Assembly: GCA_032718475.1 (NCBI GenBank)
Contig: JAUCBJ010001457.1
Coordinates: 98,919-162,918, forward strand
Source: Nemertoderma westbladi
Lineage: Eukaryota; Animalia; Xenacoelomorpha
Length of the DNA: 64,000 nt
Direction: 5' to 3'
The notes below the pieces were generated by a model, which was given only the letters and a program-made list of their open reading frames with translations, searched no databases and had not been told where the DNA came from. Position 1 is the stretch's first letter, and each line of letters opens with the position of its first letter. Position numbers and translations under genes: made by a program. Below, one piece after another: positions 50,901 to 61,068 of the stretch.

Positions 50901-51780
50901 CGACGGAATACACCTATCGATCGAGAATACGGTAGCCGCGGGGAGGATTATTCGAGAAGAATAAACTTCGATCCCGAACAACACATGCAGACTGTAGGAC
51001 ATACTGTAGGCCTTACTGCACATACCATAGGCCATACTGAGAGAGGCAATGTGGGCGATAGGACAGCGTGGACAACGGGATTAAACCCAGAAGTCGCGGA
51101 ATACATACCAGCGGGTAGGCCAGAAGCTGATAGGCCTATACCGGTACCAGTACAGCAGTATGACTACAGCATGCAGGGACATAACATATACCCAGGGGAG
51201 GGGGGAATTATTGCGGATAGGTGCATGGGCCCCAACATATTAACATCAACCGCAGTACCAAACATACCGGTGGGGGGGGGGGGGACAGGGTGACATTCCC
51301 CCATCACAATATCAACAATATACCCCGATAGGAGCAAGAACAACGAGACCCTTGGATGAGAATAGGTCGTGTGATACAGACATATGGAGGGGGCTGCTAC
51401 CCCCGATGACATACCCGAGTCAGAGAAAGTCAAGAAATAGGACGGACGAACCGCACCAGACAGGAGAAACTACACAACATCCGTCGAACCCATTGGAAGC
51501 ACAGGCGATGGGGATGGCCACGTTGATCGATGCGTTGAAAACGAGGATCGAGCTACCACCCGTGGAACCATTCAAATTCGATGGGAGCAGTCCGGAAGAA
51601 TATCTACAGTTTCGGCGCATGTATAGTAACGAAATACTAACAAAAAACTTGATGCAGGCGGAGTGCCTAAAGTATCTGCAAGTATACACGGGAGGCCCAG
51701 CTTATGACATCGTGAGGCAATATCAAGGAATAGAGGGCGGCTTCACGACAGCATGGCGGGCACTGTGGATAGGGAATACG
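47931..51780 (+). CDS. gag region of element A, broken into several ORFs
   Basis: ATG at 47931, PEDSAS motif, E/R coiled coil, Asn-rich tract, and LPPVEPFKFDGSSPEEYLQF (DUF1759-like). Several breaks lie at or shortly after poly-G runs. Confidence 0.75.
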
Positions 51781-54700
51781 GGCACCCGGCCAAGATCATC
51801 AGGCAGACGCTGAGAGGCATAACATCGAGTGGCCTACAGGATAATCCCGTTAGCATTAAGACGTTCGCTAACAAAGTAGAAAAGGCGCTGATCGTGCTGA
51901 AGACGCTAGACGCGCCATACGAGCTCAACGCGTCCAACAACATCACCACGATAGCGCAGGCACTACCAAACTGGCTGCGCAACAAGTGGAGGAAAATCGC
52001 CTTCTCCACTCGAGATAAGAAGGGTGCGGAACAGGGTTTAGAAGAAATGTCAAACTTCTTAAACTACGAGGCTGAACTAATAACTGACCCAGTCTATAGT
52101 GAAGATAGCCTGGGAAAGGGACCGAAGACAGATTACCATAGACCGAAACCAGAGCACAATACATCAAACGCATTACCGAGACTCAGGCAATCATTGCCAT
52201 ATGCAGCGACGCAGGGGACTGCAAGTCCACAGCTAGCCGAGGATAAGACAACGCCATGGAACGGACAGGGAAACAATAACAACACGAATAAACATAACCC
52301 CAGTACGTCCAGTAGGCTGAATCCAAACAATAAGAATAGTAGGGACTTTGGTACAAACGCAACTGCGATACGCAATGCACTGTATAAAGAGGGCTACGAC
52401 CCAAAGAGCAAATGCCAGCTACACGCAAATGCGCTTCATCAAACCATGAACTGCAGGTACTGGCAGGCGCTACCTAGGCAAGATCAGATAGATTATGCGT
52501 CGAGCAATAGAATCTGCTCGCGATGTGTAATGAGTGGACATAGAGCAAGGGAGTGCAAGGAGAAGCCGATAAAATTTGGTCAGAGGAGAGGCCAAACGAT
52601 GGCGACGAGCACAGTAGGGGCGAAGAAGAGAGGAACGGTGTTACTTGGAGTAGTACCCGTGCGAGTGATCGGGGAAGGCAATCGATCAGTAACAACACTA
52701 ATGCTGGTTGATAGTGGAGCTGCCTTCACGTTAGTCGAGGAATGGGTAGCCGAAGAGGTAGGATTGAGAACAAGGCCAAGCAGAATGGCGGTAACAACCA
52801 TCTCTAGCAAAGATGAGATCCTGGAGATGAGAACAGGACGGTGCGCAATTGCAGCAGTGGCACCAGGATGCGACTATGGGGCAACCATCGACCCCATCCA
52901 AGTGATAGAGTCAATTAATATCAATGCCAGGCGGCCAACCAACATCGAGGTCGAGCAGTATAAATTCCTGGACGACATTGACTTCTCAATCCCAGACGTG
53001 GACGTTAGGAAGGTGTCCATCATAGTAGGTATGGACTGCCCAACGGCCCACGAAGGAATGCAAACGGTCTTCGGCGAAGACAAGCAGAGTGACCCGGTGG
53101 CCATATTAACACCATTCGGGTGGACGTTGAGTGGTCCAATTAAGAGCAAGATACCTTTTAGGATGTCGGAGACATCAGGATGCATGTTCGCGGGAACAAT
53201 GCAGGAAATGGGTGACGAGGGAGCAGAGGAGCAGCTTAAAAGACTGCTCAGACAGGATTTCGAGGGACTGAAAGAAACCGGAGTCGGGACCTCAGTAGAA
53301 GACAAGCAGGCTTTACAAAGCGTGGAGGAATCGATGACATGCAATGAGGGGCGGTATACTATAGGAATGGTATGGAAATTACCGAAGATACCGCTGCCCG
53401 ACAATAGAGGGATGGTACTCACGAGACTCCGCAAGCTGAAACAAACACTAAAACGGAGCCCCGAGAAGAATGAGTACATCCACAGAACGATTAAGAAGTA
53501 CGTCGAGAAAGGATGGGCCGTGGAGTTACCGGTCGACAAGCCGAACACGGACAGGACATATTACCTGCCACTACACGTGGCTTTAGACCCAAAGAAAGGT
53601 AAACTACGGATGGTAGTCGACGCATCGGCAAAGACCGACGGAAAATGCCTAAACGACTACCTGTTAGAAGGCCCAAACATATACAATTCGGGCATAGAGG
53701 TGTTACTTAGATTTAGAAATGGGAAACACGCCTTCACGTGCGACATAGAAGGCATGTTCAACCAAGTCCGTGTAATGGAAGAAGATAGCGACAGTCAACG
53801 CTTCTTATGGTATAACGGCGAGGAAGAACCGTCGATAATACCAGCATATAAGATGGTAGTACAAAACATGGGGGCCAAGTCATCTTCATTTACGACGACT
53901 ATGGCAGTGAGAGACACAGTGAAGGGGAAGGAAGATAGATACAGCAGTAGGGCCGTCGATATGATTCGACGCGGCTTCTACGTAGACGACGGAATGGAGT
54001 CTGGAAATACGGTTAAGGAGATACTGGACACAGGGCGCGAGGTTCGCGACATCCTAAAAGGATCCGGCTTTAACCTGACCAAATTCCAATCCAGTTCGGA
54101 AGAATTTATCACGGCGATAGAGGACAAGAGGCCAGAATCGACCATGGATAATCCCACAACAGTCAAAGGGCAGGACATGGCGATTAAGAGAACAGAATCT
54201 CAACAGAAGGCATTGGGAATCGTGTGGGATAGAGAGACAGACAAACTGAAGTATCAGCTGAGCCAGGAGGGCGCAGACATCCACACGAAGAGGGGCTATG
54301 TATCGTATATAGCAAGGATATACGATCCCCTAGGCTTAGCATCCCCATTATTAGTCACGGGGAAACAGATACTCAAGAGAGTATACAAACTGAAGGATGA
54401 GTGGGACGTAGAGGTACCAGAGGAAATCAAGAAACAGTGGAGCAAGTGGACAGGAGACTTGGAGGAGATGGGAACATACAACATGCCACGAGTGTATTTC
54501 CCGGATGGGAACATGACGAATCTGGACCTACACATGTTCTCCGACGCGTCGTTGGAAGCGTACGGTGCGGCACTCTTCTTAGTACAACGAGAGGGGGCTC
54601 ATAAGCCCAGATTAGCCTTTAGCAAAGCAAAGTCAACGCCGCCAGATTCAGCATCAGTTCCCAAGTTAGAATTGACAGCTGCGAGACTAGGAGTTAGAGC

Positions 54701-56609
54701 CACAGCCTACCTAGTGGATACTATTCCCAACATAGTAGAGACACACTACTGGACGGACTCCATGGTAGTGCTTGGTTGGCTACACAACAAAAGGATGAGA
54801 TACCCGATATTCGTCGCGAATAGAGTGGACGAAATAAGGGCGAGCACAGAACTGGAAAGGTGGCCCTACTGCCCAACGGACGAGAACCCAGCGGACTTGT
54901 TGTCGAGGGGCGTGGTACGCCACACTTCCTTGAAGAAGGAAGTATTGTGGCAACATGGGCCACAATTTCTGAGCGATAAGGAGGCCTGGCCGCCGATGAG
55001 AAAGGTGGACCCGGGCTCAGAAGTAGTGTCAGAGGGAGAAGAGGGAGATTCAGAGGGAGAAGAGATATACTCCCAGATGGTGAGGGAGATTAGGGACGTG
55101 CAACCAGGACGAGAACTGTGCGATAACCCGACGGATAAACTCCTCAGCTACAGTTCTAGTTGGTATAAGACCAAGAAACTAGTGGCGTACTGGAGAGCCT
55201 TCGGGAATTTCCTTGCGGGAGTTAGCAAGGACAAGAAGATCAGGACAACCATAGATCTGGAAGGAGCGGCCAAGGCAGTGATCCGCTATGAACAACGGAA
55301 GAACTATGGCGACGAGGTGGAACGCGTCGGTAACCAACAGCACCTCCGACGGGACAGCAAGCTGATTACGCTGTCGCCACAACTCAATGACGACGGGATT
55401 CTAGTAATGAATTCTAGGGTGGGATACAACAACAGCATAGTCGTACCACCGAAACCCATCATCATTCCCACAGGATCGCCAATAGTCCACCAGATTATCT
55501 GGGACTCCCACAAATCGATATTACATGGGAGCACCAACCGAACCCTCACAGAGATAAGGAGGACCTATTGGGTCAAACAACTGAGGAAGAAGGTAAAAGC
55601 GGTAGTGGGGCAGTGCCAGACCTGCCGACGAGCGAAGAAGGAGCGAGCCGTACAGGAGATGGCGCCGCTACCGGTAAGACAGCACGACCCGCCATTTACG
55701 CATTGCGGTGTGGACATGTTCGGGCCGATAAAGATCAAAGTGATGCGACACACGGAGAAACGCTACGGCATTATCTTCGTATGCAACAACACACGGGCGG
55801 TAGGGATAGAACTCGCCCAGGATGCAACCGCATCAGCATTCATTAATGCCTTAGAAAGGTTTAGGGACTGCAAAGGTGGGACGATCGCAGTGATATACAG
55901 CGACAACGGCACCAACTTTGTGGGCGCAGAGAGTGAGATGGCAGCGGCCTTGGACATCTTGGAGGGAGAAGAAGTCAGGGCAGCCATGAGACGACGACAA
56001 GTAAAGTGGGAGAGAAGGACGCCGTATGCACCACATACACTAGGATGCGTCGAGAGACTGGTGGGCAGTTCAAAGCGTCTAATGACGAAGCTAATGAACA
56101 CCCACATGGTCACTGAGGACGTCTTACGGACAGTACTTGCAAAGTGCGGGGGTATCATTAATAGCAGACCGCTATATCCAGAGAATGATGACCCTGAGTC
56201 ATTAGACGTGCTGACGCCTAGCCATTTCCTAATGGAAAGGCCAGCGACCATCGATATGCGGGGTGTAGACCCAGATGACATACACTCCCGCCAAAGTTGG
56301 AAAGTCGCTAAAGCAATAAGCGCAGAGTATTGGAGGAGGTGGGTCGAGGAATACCTACCCACACTCCATAAAAGGAGTAAGTGGAGGAAGCCAAATAGGG
56401 AGTTAAGAGAGGGAGATCTCGTAATCGTTACGGATGATACTATCATCAACAACCAGTGGCGGTTGGCGAGAGTTGTAGGCACTTACTCCGACGAGGACGG
56501 AAGAGTCCGATCGGTAGAAGTGCGGATAGGTGGTAAGATAGGTGCGAAGGACAGAAAAACCTACAGGAGAGCTGTGGGAAAATGCTGTCTACTAGAAGGG
56601 GCACCTTAG
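51753..56609 (+). CDS. gag C-terminus plus pol of element A (protease, RT, RNase H, integrase, DUF5641-like)
   Basis: CSRCVMSGHRAREC knuckle, LVDSGA protease, DIEGMFNQV and FYVDD RT, HMFSDAS/WTDS/NPAD RNase H, CQTC, GVDMFGP, SDNGTNF and VERL integrase, YWRRWVEEYLPTLHKRSKW. Confidence 0.96.
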   Translation: MAGTVDREYGHPAKIIRQTLRGITSSGLQDNPVSIKTFANKVEKALIVLKTLDAPYELNASNNITTIAQALPNWLRNKWRKIAFSTRDKKGAEQGLEEMSNFLNYEAELITDPVYSEDSLGKGPKTDYHRPKPEHNTSNALPRLRQSLPYAATQGTASPQLAEDKTTPWNGQGNNNNTNKHNPSTSSRLNPNNKNSRDFGTNATAIRNALYKEGYDPKSKCQLHANALHQTMNCRYWQALPRQDQIDYASSNRICSRCVMSGHRARECKEKPIKFGQRRGQTMATSTVGAKKRGTVLLGVVPVRVIGEGNRSVTTLMLVDSGAAFTLVEEWVAEEVGLRTRPSRMAVTTISSKDEILEMRTGRCAIAAVAPGCDYGATIDPIQVIESININARRPTNIEVEQYKFLDDIDFSIPDVDVRKVSIIVGMDCPTAHEGMQTVFGEDKQSDPVAILTPFGWTLSGPIKSKIPFRMSETSGCMFAGTMQEMGDEGAEEQLKRLLRQDFEGLKETGVGTSVEDKQALQSVEESMTCNEGRYTIGMVWKLPKIPLPDNRGMVLTRLRKLKQTLKRSPEKNEYIHRTIKKYVEKGWAVELPVDKPNTDRTYYLPLHVALDPKKGKLRMVVDASAKTDGKCLNDYLLEGPNIYNSGIEVLLRFRNGKHAFTCDIEGMFNQVRVMEEDSDSQRFLWYNGEEEPSIIPAYKMVVQNMGAKSSSFTTTMAVRDTVKGKEDRYSSRAVDMIRRGFYVDDGMESGNTVKEILDTGREVRDILKGSGFNLTKFQSSSEEFITAIEDKRPESTMDNPTTVKGQDMAIKRTESQQKALGIVWDRETDKLKYQLSQEGADIHTKRGYVSYIARIYDPLGLASPLLVTGKQILKRVYKLKDEWDVEVPEEIKKQWSKWTGDLEEMGTYNMPRVYFPDGNMTNLDLHMFSDASLEAYGAALFLVQREGAHKPRLAFSKAKSTPPDSASVPKLELTAARLGVRATAYLVDTIPNIVETHYWTDSMVVLGWLHNKRMRYPIFVANRVDEIRASTELERWPYCPTDENPADLLSRGVVRHTSLKKEVLWQHGPQFLSDKEAWPPMRKVDPGSEVVSEGEEGDSEGEEIYSQMVREIRDVQPGRELCDNPTDKLLSYSSSWYKTKKLVAYWRAFGNFLAGVSKDKKIRTTIDLEGAAKAVIRYEQRKNYGDEVERVGNQQHLRRDSKLITLSPQLNDDGILVMNSRVGYNNSIVVPPKPIIIPTGSPIVHQIIWDSHKSILHGSTNRTLTEIRRTYWVKQLRKKVKAVVGQCQTCRRAKKERAVQEMAPLPVRQHDPPFTHCGVDMFGPIKIKVMRHTEKRYGIIFVCNNTRAVGIELAQDATASAFINALERFRDCKGGTIAVIYSDNGTNFVGAESEMAAALDILEGEEVRAAMRRRQVKWERRTPYAPHTLGCVERLVGSSKRLMTKLMNTHMVTEDVLRTVLAKCGGIINSRPLYPENDDPESLDVLTPSHFLMERPATIDMRGVDPDDIHSRQSWKVAKAISAEYWRRWVEEYLPTLHKRSKWRKPNRELREGDLVIVTDDTIINNQWRLARVVGTYSDEDGRVRSVEVRIGGKIGAKDRKTYRRAVGKCCLLEGAP

Positions 56610-56744
56610 TGGAGTTTGTCTTGAATTTAGTCGTCCAAGATTTGGACTGAGGGGGGTGGGATTGAGGGCGAGACGCCCTTCCCACACACAAAATAGAAAA
56701 AAAATAGAAAATAAAATAATAAGTACATAGTAGGTACGCAGTTA

Positions 56745-57330
56745 GTAGGCAGAAGTTAGTCAGTAAGAGGGTACGTAGTACCTAGAAGTTAGTCAGTAGG
56801 GGGTACGTAGTACCTAGAGTTAGTTAGTTAGGAGGTACGTAGTACCTAGAGTTAGTTAGTTAGAGTTAGAAGGTACGTAGTACCGATAGTTAGTTAGAGA
56901 GTTAGAGGGTACGTAGTACCGACAGTTAGTTAGAGAGTTAGAGGGTACGTAAGTACCGATAGTTAGTTAGAGAGTTAGAGGGTACGTAAGTACCGATAGT
57001 TAGTTAGAGAGTTAGAGGGTACGTAAGTACCGATAGTTAGTTAGAGTTAGAAGGTACGTAGTACCGATAGTTAGTTAGAGAGTTAGAGGGTACATAGTAC
57101 CGATAGTTAGTTAGAGAGTTAGAGGGTACGTAAGTACCGATAGTTAGTTAGAGAGTTAGAGGGTATGTAGTACCGATAGTTAGTTAGAGAGTTAGAGGGT
57201 ACGTAAGTACCGATAGTTAGTTAGAGAGTTAGAGGGTACGTAAGTACCAATAGTTAGTTAGAGAGTTAGAGGGTACGTAGTACCGATAGTTAGTTAGAGA
57301 GTTAGAGGGTACGTAGTACCGTTAGTTAGA
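56745..57330. repeat. Tandem 36-37-bp repeat (GAGGGTACGTAAGTACCGATAGTTAGTTAGAGAGTTA) between pol and ORF3 of element A
   Basis: About 15 units, each containing the inverted repeat GGTAC-GTA(A)-GTACC. Confidence 0.92.
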
Positions 57331-57814
57331 AGAGAGAGAGTAAGAGGTAAAAGGGGTATAAGATATAGATATTAGTTAGCAGTTAGTAGCGAGAGGGGGG
57401 CATATGGGTACAGCTGGATAAATCGTGTGGCCACACTACGCATACTGCTGTACTGCATAGGCCCACAGAGTAGGCCAGAATGTGGATTAGAGAATAGAAT
57501 AATCCATAGGTAATAGTAAGTAGTAGGACAGTAGAATTAAAATAGATAAATAAATAGAATAGGGCTGAAAGTTACAAAAATAATGGCAACACAAGGGAAG
57601 TTATTCTAGAACATAATAAAAGTAACGGACAGAAATTGTAAATTACGTTCATTTACTAGTTTCAAAATTAATTAGTGATAATTTAGGTTAAAAAGGTGCA
57701 GTTAAGTAAGAAATAGGCCATTATCGAACCGTACAGAACATCCTAGATACATCACTCATCTGTATTGCGCCTTGGTAAGGCACCACCTTGCAGGTGAGCG
57801 AGTGAACGTTCGGA

Positions 57815-60361
57815 ATGGCGAGCAAGTTGATCAGAAAGAGAAAGGCGGAGTCAGGAGGAAAGGAGATACTGGTGGATTTCACCGAGAGGCATCCGGAAGA
57901 GAAGACGAGAGGATACTACGAGAGGTTGGAAAGGGGTCACGCGGCGCGAGCGCTGCAGGATCACTTCCGGGAGATGCACGAACAGCGGCTGGTCGGGACC
58001 TACGGGACGCCGTCGCTGGACAACGCGATCTTCCAACACTTCCACTACGTGGTAAAATGGGACAAGGCGAAGTTCGGGATTCCGAAGTACCCGAGGGAAT
58101 CACCGAGGAAGGACTGGAAGAGATTCATAGAGTCCGTCAACAGAGGAGGATATATGATCCTAGACGACGAGGGAACCGTGGAAGACGAAGCGGGTTCGAG
58201 ACGAGGAACGGCGGGGTCGGCCAGGACCATACTCCTACATTTGGCCGCGCCAAATGGGGACATCTTCTTATTCGACCTAGGGACGTATGGGAAGAAGGAC
58301 GGGCCGAAATTAAACCGGTTACCGAAAGCGGTACAAGTTTTGGTAAGAGAGAAGTCGACGACGAAAGTGGGATCGGCGATTCGCGAGGATGCGGAGAGAA
58401 TCATCGGTCCGGACGCCACCAACCTCCTGGATATGCAGAAGGTCTTTATGGCTATGACGGCACCGGATGGGTTGGGGGTAGTCGAAAACACAGGCCAATG
58501 CGGGGCGGTGGCAATGGGCCAGCTATTGGGGCTCGTATGCCACAAACCGATGGATTGGGGGAAGTTTAGGGAAGAATACGGAGCAGAACTAGCGAACTCG
58601 CTAAAGTGGGGAGCGAGACCGGGAAAGCAGGAGGTATATCAATTCCGCAGGGGAGCGATAAAGGTATATCAGAAGCGATATATCCTGCAGGAGGACTGGA
58701 TGATGATAAGTTTGCTTAACTTATTCATGACCGTGGTTATCGAGAGGGAACCAGGGGCATTTCTGTTATCGGGATCACCCCTAAGCTACAGGAGAGCCTT
58801 TAAGACGGCCTTTGACGGTCTGGTAGACCACCCGGGGCTGAAGGGCGAGTCGGTGTACTACAACAGCCGGCATCTGGTAGACGGGGAGACAGATACACCG
58901 TATCAGAGATGGGAGCAGCTAGAGACGGATAGACGAGAAGCAAAGCGACTGGAAGAAGTCGCTAGACGGGAGAGGATAGAAGCAGAGGAGAGGGAAGAGG
59001 AGGCCAGGACGCAGAGTTACGGTTTCGAGGAACAGGCAGGCTTAGACGAACTTCATTGGACTTCATCAGGGAGTTCGGGGGAGTCTCTAGGGCGAGAATT
59101 GGGATGGACGGTGGGATCACCGAAACAGTCGACGTCGGGGTTGCAAGCGATGCCCATACCAGCGGGCGCCAAAGGCGACCAACCGCCAAGGAAGTTAAGG
59201 GAGTTAGAGGGATGGAGAGCTACGGGCGAGAGCCAAGGCGGGAAGGGACACAGTGGATCCATCGGGATACCGGGGTTGGAGTCACTGCCAGAGGAGGAGG
59301 ACGACGACGACGAGTTCGGAGAGATGCCGCCCATCGAGAGGATAGGCCACTCGGACACGGACTGGGTTGGCGGAAGGGTGGTGACGGCCAGTGGGGTGAG
59401 GGCCTTCTGGAACAGATCCGGCAAGCGGACCTGGGTGCACGAGGAGCCGGCAATGGATTTCGCGGGGAGCACTATCAGGTTGGGCGAGCAACCGGGGACG
59501 GCACCACGGATAGTATTCGGGGAGACGATGCCGGAGAGGGGCGGAGAGATCGACGTAGATAGAGACACCAACGTGGAGAAGTTCGCCTACCAGCGACTCC
59601 ACAGACCGCGGAGATCGCTTGGGACGAAAGACGAGGTGGGACGGGAGACATTGGTACTCGGCTGCGACTACTGTGGGAGACAGACCCACCAGGAAAGGAG
59701 CTGCTTGTACCGGTTCCAGAAGGGAACCTTTTGTCTCTACTGCCGAGAGCCAAGCCACAGGATGGGGGCGTGTCCACGGTTGCATAACCGATGTCCAAAG
59801 TGTCACTTTCGGGGACACTACGGACGCGAGTGCGACTGGATGAACGACGAGGAGAAGTTCACAAGATTCGAGGAGTGGGCCGACGTCGGGGCCATGACGC
59901 GCCAGCGCATGAAGGCCCAGGAGTTCAAGTGGGGTTTCTTCCTTATCAATCAGGAGACTCACATGGAAATCATAAAGCGGAGGCTACCGTTTACCTACCA
60001 AGAGGTAGCAACAGCGGCGTCGTACGCCGGAGTGATGAACACGCAAAGATATTTGGACAGGTGGACGCCACAGAACCGAAGGGAGTTTAGGGATTTCTTG
60101 GCGGAGCACATACCGCAAGCAATGAAAATGATCCTATGGGACGCCACCAGAGGGAGACAACCGGGCCACTCTGAGGGGCCACTGGCGAAGCGATATCGGG
60201 CACCAATAACACCAGCGCCCAAGGAGCCAACGACCGGGATCAGCAGGGAGGTGGCGGTGAAGGTCCGAAAGCAGAAAGCGGATCCCAGAGGAGCGGTGGC
60301 AACCAAGAAACGACCCAGGGAAGAGGACGCCAGGGGGAACTATCCCCAGAGGAACAAATAG
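57815..60361 (+). CDS. Extra ORF3 of element A: DEDDy/DnaQ-like 3'-5' exonuclease-like domain plus three CCHC zinc knuckles, 848 aa
   Basis: ExoI YMILDDEG, ILLHLAAPNGDIFLFDL, LPKAVQVLV...KVGSAIRED (ExoII), LLDMQ, WGARP...QKRYILQED (ExoIII-like). Knuckles CDYCGRQTHQERSC, CLYCREPSHRMGAC and CPKCHFRGHYGREC. Confidence 0.78.
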   Translation: MASKLIRKRKAESGGKEILVDFTERHPEEKTRGYYERLERGHAARALQDHFREMHEQRLVGTYGTPSLDNAIFQHFHYVVKWDKAKFGIPKYPRESPRKDWKRFIESVNRGGYMILDDEGTVEDEAGSRRGTAGSARTILLHLAAPNGDIFLFDLGTYGKKDGPKLNRLPKAVQVLVREKSTTKVGSAIREDAERIIGPDATNLLDMQKVFMAMTAPDGLGVVENTGQCGAVAMGQLLGLVCHKPMDWGKFREEYGAELANSLKWGARPGKQEVYQFRRGAIKVYQKRYILQEDWMMISLLNLFMTVVIEREPGAFLLSGSPLSYRRAFKTAFDGLVDHPGLKGESVYYNSRHLVDGETDTPYQRWEQLETDRREAKRLEEVARRERIEAEEREEEARTQSYGFEEQAGLDELHWTSSGSSGESLGRELGWTVGSPKQSTSGLQAMPIPAGAKGDQPPRKLRELEGWRATGESQGGKGHSGSIGIPGLESLPEEEDDDDEFGEMPPIERIGHSDTDWVGGRVVTASGVRAFWNRSGKRTWVHEEPAMDFAGSTIRLGEQPGTAPRIVFGETMPERGGEIDVDRDTNVEKFAYQRLHRPRRSLGTKDEVGRETLVLGCDYCGRQTHQERSCLYRFQKGTFCLYCREPSHRMGACPRLHNRCPKCHFRGHYGRECDWMNDEEKFTRFEEWADVGAMTRQRMKAQEFKWGFFLINQETHMEIIKRRLPFTYQEVATAASYAGVMNTQRYLDRWTPQNRREFRDFLAEHIPQAMKMILWDATRGRQPGHSEGPLAKRYRAPITPAPKEPTTGISREVAVKVRKQKADPRGAVATKKRPREEDARGNYPQRNK

Positions 60362-61059
60362 GTTCCCAGAGCCGAGGGAGAGAAACTGAGACTTGGACGT
60401 GGTGCGCCTGGAAGGCGCCGCATGGGACGTACGAACTATTAAGTACAAATTTAATTAATGCAAATAATCATATAAGTGCAATTTGTATGTACGTACGTAG
60501 TAATTAGTAATCTACAAATATATACGTTCGGAGTAAGTACTATAGTCATACAACCTTTCTCAATTAGCTACTGGGATTGGGGGATAACTGACTATGGCAC
60601 TATGGACGAGACACATTTCACACTTCTTGAGTGCGACGGCACAAGAGGGGGGGGGGGAGATTCGTCAGAAGGGATGAGGTAGTCAGAGTGGGGTTGAGGG
60701 ACGGAGTAGTAGGTGCGAAGTGCGGAGAGAGTGCGGACGCAATTCTAGTGTGGGGGGGGAGAATAAGAGGCTGAGTGAGGGACGAGGAGGTCCGAGTGTA
60801 TGAGGGAGTTAGGATGAGAGTGAAGAAGAGATAGGGCGGAAGTGTTGGGGAAACAAAAGTTGCGTGAGAGGTGAGCGCGATCGGCCCGACATGAGACGCC
60901 AAGCACACAGGGTAGCGTTATCATACCCATAGGGAGCGGCCTGGAAAGCCGGCTCCGAGAGAAAAGAATTCCACCCCACACCCGATACTAGATCTGGATC
61001 CAGCGGGATTGTAGCGCACTTTTTTGGTTGATGCTATCTTCTTACCGGGAAGATAGCAT

Positions 61060-61068
61060 GGGGGGGAG
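61060..61068 (+). promoter_or_regulatory. Polypurine tract of element A
   Basis: GGGGGGGAG immediately before the TG of the 3' LTR. Confidence 0.9.

Noticed and set aside
57815-60361. ORF3 as an envelope glycoprotein
   Set aside because: No evident signal peptide or C-terminal membrane anchor. Motifs fit a nuclease and zinc knuckles instead.
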